A stretch of DNA of 63,969 bases, filler included, from Folioceros fuciformis (Eukaryota): NCBI GenBank assembly GCA_049999805.1. It is 7 parts of 7 records of this genome, joined end to end, with 100 filler letters (N's around TTAATTAATTAA, not from the genome) between each part and the next. Parts side by side here need not be neighbours in the genome. Positions count along the whole stretch, not along the records: positions 29,968 to 45,131 come from JBNGIO010005895.1; positions 45,232 to 53,556 come from JBNGIO010005896.1; 5 more parts are not named here. One strand, written 5' to 3'. The notes beneath the pieces are model-generated. The model ran no database searches. It was not told where the DNA came from and saw only the letters and a program-made list of their open reading frames with translations. Positions 35,850-46,166 of the stretch are shown one piece after another (position 1 is the stretch's first letter; the number at the start of each line of letters is the position of its first letter). The position numbers and the translations under genes were made by a program.

Positions 35850-36700
35850 GACAATCTATTGGAGGTGGTACGCTTGGGGTAGAATACTCATCCAATGAAG
35901 CCGGAAAGGTAGTCTCATCGTCATGTGTACAGTGAAGCCAATTTAACCATAATGTTGTGTCCACGTCCTCCCCTTCCTTTCCGTTACTAGCTGCAAACTT
36001 GCAATTAAGGGCTGACATATGAGTAAACACCCCAAGCATCTGCTGAACTTTTACAACATGCTTGCATAAAATACCTTGTTGTCCTTGTGGACAGCTAAAA
36101 GTTGCCCACATGGACATTGGATTGGTGACCACATAAGCTGGCTTCCAAGGATTTGCTGTTGACATACACTTAGCCACACCATAAGGCACCATAAGAAGGG
36201 TCACCATATCATCAAGGATATCATTTGCATCTGCTATTGCATGTTTGTGCAACTGTTTTTGCTTAGTATTCACAATATAACCTCTTCCTTACAATGATTT
36301 TGGTACCAAAAATGAGGAGCAACTACGAAACACAATTGATACAGCAACCAATCAACTCAACGAGCATGAATGCCAACTTTTGACTTAGCTAACCTCTCCT
36401 TCAAGAATCTATGTCAAGCTTCAATAGGGGAGGTACAATCCTGTCCAACATGAGGCATGGTGCGAGATGCCTTCATGAACATATATGGAAACAAGGCAAA
36501 TCATTTGAAATGAGCACATTTGATGTTGTTCACAAACACCATGTTGTACACTTTTTGCTGAAAGCTTACAAAACACACTCACCTAACTAACTGGCCTTCC
36601 CAAATGTGCTGAATGTAATCCACAAATTGCCATTATGCTTCGCTCCACTTGTTGTAAAATGCTTGGAGAAGTTCTCTTCCTAGAGCAATGGAGTCAATCA
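35850..36700 (-). mobile_element. Degenerate Mutator-like (MULE) transposase relic with SWIM zinc finger
   Basis: QDCTSPIEA*HRFLKERL...R*VDWLLYQL...HFW followed by FSCPQGQQGILCKHVVKV (SWIM-like CxC..CKH). Confidence 0.65.
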
Positions 36701-37444
36701 AGATTGGAGAAAGAAATGAACACCGAAAGTCAGGATGTGAGAAAAACCTTTTCTTGCAGCATCCTGCTCAAATGTGCTCAACATTGGACACATAGCATAC
36801 GGTTAGATTCAGCTCACTAAGGCAAACAGTTTGGTATATGATTTGATAAGAACAGAGTGTAGTGGAGCAGACTCTACCATTATGAAAAGTGAGGTTGTGA
36901 AGGCATGATGTGACATTTGAAAACGATTTGAAAGAAGCAATCTGAAACCAATGTACCTAACTACTGAGATAGGAGAATCTGATTTGGGCTGGCTTAATTG
37001 TAGTAATTGGCTGAGCCCTTTTGTCCAAAGATGAGGGCGATTCTAGCCTCCTTTATTTGTCTTGGAGCTGAAGAATGCTTGTACAACAACTTGCCACGTG
37101 AGATGACATTCTCGAAATGAGCCAGGATGTGGTACTTCGATCGAGAATGGACAATCTATTGGCAAGTCAAAATCCATGACAGGTATCATGCTTTGGTAGT
37201 AAGCAGTACCAGGCACATCATTCGGTGGTAAGCGAGGTCAGGTTAGGATCAGCTCTGTCCATCTAAGGGGTGCGACTTCGGCACCAATTTCGTGCACCGC
37301 CAAGTAAGTAAATATAAGTAAGTAAGTAAGTATTTCGGTGTAAGTAAATCACGATTTGAAATTAGGGTTTCAGTAACTATGGTTTAATTTAACCCGATAG
37401 CAATGATTTAGTTTAACCCAATGGCAGACACAATCGTTAGCCGG

Positions 37445-37603
37445 TGAAGCCTATATGGTATATGGTGTATGTATGATGGTCACATGTTATGTGGCAACAT
37501 GAAACCTATACGATATATGGTGTATGTATGATGGTCACATGTGGCAACGTGAAACCTATACGGTATATGGTATATGTATGATGGTCACATGTTATGTGGC
37601 AAC
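37445..37603. repeat. ~50-55 bp tandem repeat x3
   Basis: TGAA(G/A)CCTATA...TATATGGT(G/A)TATGTATGATGGTCACATG(TTATG)TGGCAAC three times. Confidence 0.85.
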
Positions 37604-40215
37604 CTTTGCAGGCACACTCGTGTAAGAAGAGTGTCAGTGGGGCCCAGACCTGGCCACCTGATTTTCACGGCTAGCCCACCAATCCCCTCCCAGCAGTAAG
37701 CCACATTTTGGTTCCATCACGCATCCCGAGCTGCAGTGTTGTTGTCGGCCCAATTCAGGGTCCTCAACTGCACCAATCTGCTTAGCTCTACGCAGATTTC
37801 TAGCGGCCCAGGAAGGCTGACAAATGGGGTGCCAGGTCAAGGAATATGCTAGTTTAGTGACTCCGGGAGGAATGAGGTGGCTGCGACCACTTTATTCCGA
37901 GCTTGCTTTTCGATGGAACGCAACAAGGAAACGTGTGTCATGCGGGCAGCTATCTGCATCTGGAATCTGAAGTGGTTGGCAGGAACTTAAGATATTGAAA
38001 AGCAAGAGCTGAAGTTGCGTCCCATTTGGACTCCGTTACACTTGATCGTGAATATTGTGCAGACTGCATTTGGACTCATCCGTTCCAGTCCTCAAGACCA
38101 TCATCATCATGTTCGAAGACCAATTTAGATGTAGCTGGCGTGGTACACCTTGCTCAGGTCGGATGCATCTGAAGTGAGAGTGAGCTTTAGAATCAGCCAT
38201 TTTGTACTACAGCAGGAGAGGGTGACCAACAAGGACACAAAGACGCTCAGGATCGGATTCAGAGGTGCAGATGGAAGGCAAGCAATTAGACGGCACCGAA
38301 CTTCTCATTGCCTAGGCAATTTACCAACCCTCTGAGAAAGCTAACAGACTTCACGATAGGGGAATTGGCTGCGATGACATTGTGAAGGGCAGTCTCAAGC
38401 TCAGCTGCACCAGGGCGCGATGTCAGACAAGCTTTGCGCTTTTCTTTGAAATTAGCCTAGTGTTTCGACATACCATCGTCGCAACTGTGCGTACTTTCTT
38501 GAATCCATCTAGTCATGGAATATTTTTTTACACACTTGTACTTGTCACCTTCCTCCACGTAAACGAGCCAAGGTCTCCCGCTTGGAGCTCCACGCTTGGC
38601 ATGCTTCATCTCGACCCCCTCTGTTTTGCTGAAAAACCCCTGAATACACGTAGACGTCAAGGAGGCAACCTTGATGGAAGACAGCAGAGCCTTCTTAGAT
38701 GCGTACGCATCCTCGTCTTTTGGCCAGTATGAAGTCACAGCAACAACGGGCCCCGTTCCCGCTTGCGCGACGATTTAGGGTACGGCAAGCGCATGCAGCA
38801 ACCGTGGTCCAACCACGCAAACGCAAGAGCACGCCGGTGGTACAGCAGCGCCCTCCACCAGACTGAGAAAATGAAGTCGGGGAACAGAACCTGTGGAAGA
38901 ACTTCCTTCCCTGGCAAGCTCCTGGATAGAACTGTCTGCAAAGCAAAGAGGGCAATCTCTGTGAGTAGGCCCTTCTTCCATGTCACCAAGGCTGACACGA
39001 TATCCGGCGACAGGGTTAGAAGAGATGCCGGTGAGTCGTCCAGCTCCGGAATCTGTACCCTAAGCCGCAGCTGCCTGTGATCCTTCCGCTGCTTCACCAT
39101 GGCTGGTCCCTGCTCCTTGAGAGATTTCTCCCAGAGTGCAGCCAGTGATGCTCCTGCCTGCTGCACTGCATCTGCTCGGCCGGAGGGCGGTTGATCAGAA
39201 GCTGGATCAAGCCCATCCTGCACCTGTAACGCCTTCTCCGGCCAGAGCGTAGCCGAGATTGTCGCTTGCTTCCCGAGCCACAGGAAAGAGAGGTGGAGAG
39301 ACAATACTGAGAAGGAGGTGAGCACGCCTGTGACACATGCAGGTAACACTGCGGGGAGGCTCGAACGTAGAGGCAGCAGCTGCTGCACACACTCGTTGAA
39401 GGCAACCAGTACGGTTTAAACACAACCGGGAAGTTCAGGGGGTGCAGCCTACAAATACCCCCCACCTTCATGTCTCCATAGCAGCTCGTGAAATGGCACC
39501 CACCTGAAATAAGGCTGGAATCACAAACGCGAGTCACAAGACGCTGTCATATTTGCTCCGGGTGGTCGATAAAGTGGGATCAGCAGGTTGAGCTGCGAAC
39601 TAGCCAGATTGTATGACCTAGGAAAAATGCCTTCCGGCAGGAAATGACCATGAAGAGCAGGACACCGGCAGCTGGCAGCCTTGTCAGTCGATGCTTCCGA
39701 AATTGCAAACCCAGCAGTGGAGAGAAATGGGAGAGGCGTGATTTGACGCTGGATTTTTCGATGGGCAGGCATTGGTTTGGTGCTAGCTGCGGTGAGTGAT
39801 CATGTTGGTGGTTGAGAACTGGAAGGGTTTTGGGTTTTCATGGTTTGGGCTGGCGCTGCAGATGCCATTGCTTGAAACGAGGGTCTGAAGTCAGAATCTT
39901 TTGTGAAGCCTCCGCGCTGGTCGATCAAGATTGCGCAGGAGGTGGGGCTGTATATCGGACGTTTTTGTGGTAACTGCTTAATTATGTGGTTATGCTCCAG
40001 CAGGAGAATGAGTCGTTGCTTGGTCCTCAGTTTGCAGTTGATAATGGGTGATCGCACAGACAGACCTCGAGTGTGCGGACGACGTGAACAGCACAGCAAC
40101 GGAGACCTTTAGGCCTTCACCGAGCCTGTCGAAGGTGAGGAAGGACATTCCTTTTCTGCATGGGCACCGTCCTCGACACATGTTGGAGATTATCGGGGTT
40201 CTGTCAAGTATCCAA

Positions 40216-41546
40216 ACTAAGGCCCATCTCTGTAGATGGTGAATGGCTGGCCCATGCTGCTGAGGTTCTCACGTTGCTTCAGCTGGTCTGGACAGAGTGT
40301 CAGGAAGTGGCAGCCATGTGGAGTATGGAAGGGTGTCAGAAGATTGGAGCAGATTACTGGAGGAAGGCCGGCTGCATGAGGCGGTCCAAGCTTTGGACTT
40401 GTGTAGGGGTGGATCGTACATATCTGCAGAGAGGCTGTACAGGCTTCTGAAGGAGAACATTATAAACAGGGACCTGGAAGCGGGCAAATACATCCATGCT
40501 CTTACTGCCCATAGTGGGCATGAGGTGGATTCTTTTCTAGGGAACCACCTCATCCGCATGTATGCTTCTCACGGAAAATTGCTGGAAGCTAGGGATGTCT
40601 TCAGTAAGCTGCCTGCCTCTAATGTGTCATATGGGCTTCACTGATCTGAGCTCATGCTGATCGTGGACACGCTCAACGTGCTATACAACTGTATCAGAAA
40701 ATGCGGGACTCAAGCATAGACGCTAACGACAATATATTTGTGGCAGTCCTGAAAGCCTGTGCAAGTCAAGGAGATCTGAAATCAGGCAAGCTTGTCCATG
40801 AGGATGTCTTAAACTGTCAGGCTGAGTCCAATCTGTTTGTTGGCAGCGCTCTCATACACATGTTTGCAAATGGTGGGAGTTTGGAGGACGCCCACCAAGT
40901 ATTTGAAAGGGTGTCCACAAGGAACGTTGTCATTTGGAATGTGATGATAGCAGGATATGCTCAATATGGGCTTGGTGTGAAAGCCCTGGAGTTGTACAAA
41001 ACGATGCTCGAGGAGGGCTTGTCACCAAATGACGTCACATATGTAAGCATACTAAAAGCGTGTGGCAGCATAGGAGCCTTGCAGGATGGCAAACAGATCC
41101 ATGCTCAGATCCTTGCCGAGGGACTCCATGCTAGTGTCTTCATTGGGAGGTCCCTGATGAACATGTACAGGAAATGTGGGAGCTTGCGGGATGTGCAAAT
41201 ATTATTTGATGGACGGGTGAACAACAATGTGGTTACATGGAGGTCCATGATCGCAAGAAATGCTCAACATGGGCTTGGGCGTGACGCCCTTCGGCTTTAC
41301 TCGAGAATGCAGGAAGATGGCAGTGTGCCAGAACTCATAACATTTGTCAGCATTCTAAAGGCTTGTGCAAGCGTTGGAGCCATGCAAGATGGCAAGCAGA
41401 TACATCGTCAAATTTTGAAACGGGGACTTGGAGGGGATGCGCTTGTTGGAAGTGCCTTGATGAACATGTATGTGGAGTGCGATGACATAGATGATGCTCG
41501 AATTGTATTTGATGGATTGTCAGAAAGAGATGTGGTGACGTGGACC
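40216..41546 (+). pseudogene. PLS-class PPR pseudogene lacking E/DYW domains
   Basis: ORF 40297-40644 and ORF 40701 onward join via a 1-nt frameshift at about 40630 plus an in-frame TGA at 40646; PPR motifs end at DVVTWT. Confidence 0.85.
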
Positions 41547-44474
41547 GTAACTCTTGCCTTCAAATTAGGAGTTAAAGCCCGGCTCGCCTGGATGTGCCAA
41601 GCAGTAGCAGAATTTGAGAAGAGGTTGCCTTCCGATGGCTGGGCGAATGATGAAAGTAAGGTCTCACAAAACTCATACACAGAAGATTGCAAGTCAGAGA
41701 GTTTCCTGCAACGTTTGGAGCACGGGCTGCCGGTAATACCCGGTTCTCTGTTCACCAGGATTTACGTGGTTTCCCTCTTGCCAGGCTCTACTAGAAGCCT
41801 GAGGATATTCCCAGTGGAAGCAGTGCTGGTAGTGTAGAAGAGAGCTATTATCTCGAAACGACCTTGGACTCCGCAGACCGACAATTTGGTGAAAGAGTTA
41901 GTTTCAGTGACCCCAGACATTTTGGCAAAGGTTGATCACGCCTGCTACGTTGGAGCAGGTAGAAGCCCATCTACGCCAGAAAGAAGGAGAACTGGCATCA
42001 TACATGGCCCGACTGGTCTGTATCTCAACGGCTGTTTTTGGTAGTGAAAGTGCTCCAGCCAGGTCTGGAGTCAGGGTCGCTAGGTCTGGAGTAAGCAGGA
42101 ATCTCATGCTCTTGTTTGGTACTTCAGTTATCGCTCTTGTTATCTTGTTGGTTCACTTTCTACTCCTTGGTGCAGAATTCTTTGGGAAGTACTCGGAACT
42201 CACTGGCAGACGAGCTTGTGAAGCTCACCACACAGGGACGTTCGGTTTCAGAATGTGGACTAGGCTGCTTCGCGCACTTGATGAAATTTAGCCTCAGCAT
42301 CTGCAGTGTGAACACTATGGTCTGGAGGCACCTTCACTACCAGCATTGCGCGCTGAGTTTGATTCACTCCGCCGTCGACACACGTCAGCTTTGGAACTCA
42401 TGGGGGAACGTGATGAAGAGGTAATCTACGTTGCAGACAGTGGCCGCAATTGAACCTTCCGGATGAGTGTGACACTCGTCTGTTCCCAGTTGTCACAAGC
42501 TAAGAATGATGTGGCATGTGCTCAGTGCTACCTGGAAGACGAATCCACACATAATTCCCTCTGCTCCTCCAGAAGCCATTATGGTGGCGCCGCCTGCACC
42601 TCTTGTCATGATGATTAAAGGCCTCGACATACCGGAAGGGTACTGACGAACGCAGTCAACTGGTGTTCATAGAGGTTCTGGAAGCTTACCTTGCCATATG
42701 TGAGTTCATAGTGTTGAGGTGTAGAATGTCCACGTAACAGGAGTAGGGCCGGTTGTACAAAACTGTTCTACTTTCCTATGAACAGTATGAGCCTTCTCCT
42801 CGGAAGTCGTTGGCTATGGGGCGGCTGATGACGCCAGCGACTCCAAGACGACAACGCCCTTGAAGGTCGATTTGATGAATTTATCGTTGCTTCTGTGGAC
42901 TGTAGGGCTTCAGTGCCAAGCTGGGATGCGAACCATACTGTTGGACATGTATGAATATATCACTCGATTCAGTGGATAGAGAATCTACCAAGTAACAACG
43001 CAAAGTGCCTGGTGTTGTACTGTAGCTGCAATCTGTGTCGGAACAAGTACTCGAACCCGTGTAAGAACATGGGAGCTTCCAGGTGAATCTGTGAGAGTGC
43101 AGTTCCCTTGACAAACGTTATCCCTTGGGCACCATGAAGACGTTCGAGTGATGGAGGCCATTCTCGCAAGTGCTTACTCCATATGAAACATTTACGCGCA
43201 CAACTCGGAGGTGGGTAACCTGGTGTGTCTCTGTTGCGCGGTGGCACCGAGCAGGCAGAAATTCAGAAGCCTCGTGGCGCCGCATTCAGCCCACCTCTTG
43301 TACGAGTCCGCTGTCCAGCGTGAAGCATGAGGTGGCGCCTCGTCGGCGACGCGGGAAGGCAGACCGGTTGCGCGTGGCGAATGCGTCCCCAGTCTGCTAA
43401 CGAGGAGGCCAGCTCTATCTGCTGGCGCCCTGCGAATCGCAACTTCGCTTCCCAAACGTCCCGAACAAAACAAAACCCTGAACGCCGTAGGGCATGGTAG
43501 CACCACCCCCAGTGGCGGTAGCGGTCGGAACCCACCGTCCCCATTGGGTACTGCATAGCACGCTTAGGATCTGCACAGGAGATAGCGGTTCGCTCTGTTC
43601 ACTGCACGTGTCATCGCTGGAAGATGAGCTTGCTAAAGTGAGCTCCCTTGCCGCACGCGTAGCTTCCACAACCCCTTCAGCTGCCACTTTGTTTGGAATA
43701 GTATGGATTCTTCCCTAGTTCCGCAAGGACCGGATCCGGAGGACGATGAACGATGAACATCAGTATCTCAGATGCGTCAGTTGAGCTGGCCGTTGAGAAT
43801 CCAGAAGCTGTCTCATCGCTGGAAGATGAGCTTGCTACAGTGAGTTCCCTTGCCGCATGCTTTAGCTTCCACGACTCCTCGGCCGCCCGTTTGACTAATT
43901 TTGCGTTAGCTCCGCTAGGATCATAGCCGGCGACGTTCAATGACAAACGTCAGCGTTTCAAATGCGTCAGTTGCGCTGGCGTCGCGAATCCGGAGCCTTA
44001 GGGCTTGAAAGGTGGCCTTTTTCAGCGGGACTTCAGGTTTATCGGCAGACCACCCTGTCTTGGCAGAGGACAAATTCTGGAACCGGCAAAGGACCTAGCT
44101 GAAACTGATGTAAGGGTTTTATTACAAAGGTTCTTCAATATACAAGAAGGGTGAGTGACTTGATATTCACTAGCCAGTGCATCCGAGAAACACGTGCACA
44201 TCCACCTCCCACTACAGTAATTACGATCTAAGATTGATGTACCACGCACCTTCTGATCTGTGATGTGGTGATGGCTTCCTGGAGCCCAGAGTGAGCTAAC
44301 GAGCTACGAACAACCACAGACTGTACAGAACCACCTCAGCCAGCCACACAGGACGGTCTTCAGAATCTGCTGGATGAACGGACGGTCTTCAGAATCTGCT
44401 GGATGAACTGCCATCGTCGCTGCATCCTGACTATCCTTCGCAGATGTCTTCACTTGCTCTACAGATTTCATGAT

Positions 44475-45101
44475 TCACTCATACAGGTGGGAAGGTAAAC
44501 GAGGCAGAGGGTTAGCCAGAAGAGGCTTGGCTCGAGGCAAGGTTAGGCCAAACTTCTCCTCCATATCCAACTCATCAGGTGCCTGACCCTGTGGCAGAGA
44601 CCAATCAAAGCTGTGCACCAGCCTCGCAAGAGAGTATTGCACCATAATCAGCCCCATGTGTATTCCAGGGCAAGATCGCCGCCCGGAGCCAAAAGGGAGC
44701 AGCTGGAAGTGCTGGCCTCGCACGTCGATGTCGCAGTTGAGGAATCTGTCAGGTTGAAATTCCAGCGGGTTCTCCCACACGTCGGGCTGCCGGGAGATGC
44801 TCCACACGTTCACGAAGGCGGTGGTCCCGGGAGGGATGTAGAAGCCCCCCACCTCGCAAGCCTCGCTGCTCACATGTGGAACCAGTAACGGCGCGACTGG
44901 ATGAAGGCGGAATGTTTCCTTGACCACAGCCTGTAAGTAGGGAAGGTTTGCGAGATCGGATTCTGTCACCACCCTCTCTTTTCCTACAACCTCGTCCAGC
45001 TCTTGGTACAGTTTCTGTAGAGTCTGGGGATTTCGGAGCAGTTCTGACAAGCCCCACTCCATTGTGATGCTAGATGTGTCCGTGCCGGCAGTGATCACGC
45101 T
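44475..45101 (-). CDS. Last exon of the duplicated CYP71-clan P450 (rest cut by the contig end)
   Basis: Same translation as 33672-34298. Confidence 0.85.
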   Translation of the reverse strand, partial: SVITAGTDTSSITMEWGLSELLRNPQTLQKLYQELDEVVGKERVVTESDLANLPYLQAVVKETFRLHPVAPLLVPHVSSEACEVGGFYIPPGTTAFVNVWSISRQPDVWENPLEFQPDRFLNCDIDVRGQHFQLLPFGSGRRSCPGIHMGLIMVQYSLARLVHSFDWSLPQGQAPDELDMEEKFGLTLPRAKPLLANPLPRLPSHLYE

Positions 45102-45231
45102 CTGCACAACATGCACAAACGATGTTCAGGGNNNNNNNNNNNNNNNNNNNNNNNNNNNNNNNNNNNNNNNNNNNNTTAATTAATTAANNNNNNNNNNNNN
45201 NNNNNNNNNNNNNNNNNNNNNNNNNNNNNNN

Positions 45232-46166
45232 GCGTGAGTTGTAAGGAAACCTCTGGGATGACCATTCCCATCAAAGGCTCTTTGAACACGCACCTCTGGG
45301 AGATTATCAGGATTTCGAGGTGGAAGGGCAATTGCCAAGTGGCGCTGGTTAGGAAAGAGTACTTCAATTAAGGTATTGAATGATTCTCTTACTTCAAGAG
45401 CAAGCACAGGCTGATTTTGATTTTTGAAAATCCATTCAATTGTATGCTGATGAAGTTGCTCAACAACTATGTCTCTTGCAACTTCTGCTCCAGGTCCTCT
45501 GCGGCGATTATAGTGTTGTGGAATTCGCTCGGCAGGGCGAGGCTGCCACTGGTGCCCATTCAGTCGATTGGCCATTCATCAGGCCAGGTCTGATGTTGTT
45601 AAATGCTTTCTTTAAACATTTAATTTTTCTATATTTATTCTAATACTTTTCTTGCAGATTAGGTAGTTGTCCTTGAGCATTTCTGCTGAATTTGCTTTAA
45701 CAGCAAATCAGGAAAAATGCGCAAGGACGACTGCCTTATGTGCCAAGAATTGTGTCCAAAACTATAGAAAATAAACAACATAGACTTATTTTCTTGTTTT
45801 TATCTTCTTGATGAAGAACACATTTTTTTTTTAAAATCAAGAACTATAAAAACTATATGTAAATGCTTCTTTTTCAATGCATTTTTTAATGCAAATATAA
45901 ACCAATTAAATCTGCATATGGCTCTGATACCATTTCAGATTAAAGAAAATATGCAGAAACATATTTACATTAATTGGCTATATTACATTACATTCATACT
46001 TGTCATGTGTATGTATTCTTGATAAATAAGCCCAACTTAAACTACAGCTACTTACGAAACGGTACACCCCTTTGCTAAGCAGTGTAACCCTAGCGAACGG
46101 GTAAGTTAAATTATTTTAAACTGTAATAACTAGCCGCAATTATTAATTAGCACATATTATCCAACA
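45232..46166 (-). mobile_element. 5' end of an AT-rich LTR retrotransposon (LTR about 45933-46166, PBS 45921-45932, ORF from 45575) inserted into the gypsy element
   Basis: GCTCTGATACCA (reverse complement of the Met-i PBS); LTR start TGTTGG on the minus strand. Confidence 0.65.

Larger units (their letters stand above)
29968..45131. repeat. Direct repeat with 10,803-bp period: 29968-34328 equals 40771-45131 (4,361 bp)
   Basis: ORFs contained in the first block reappear with identical translation at +10,803; both contig ends fall inside the repeat. Confidence 0.95.

Noticed and set aside
40640-40650. PPR internal TGA rescued by U-to-C RNA editing
   Set aside because: Such editing is organellar, this is nuclear DNA, and an adjacent frameshift would remain
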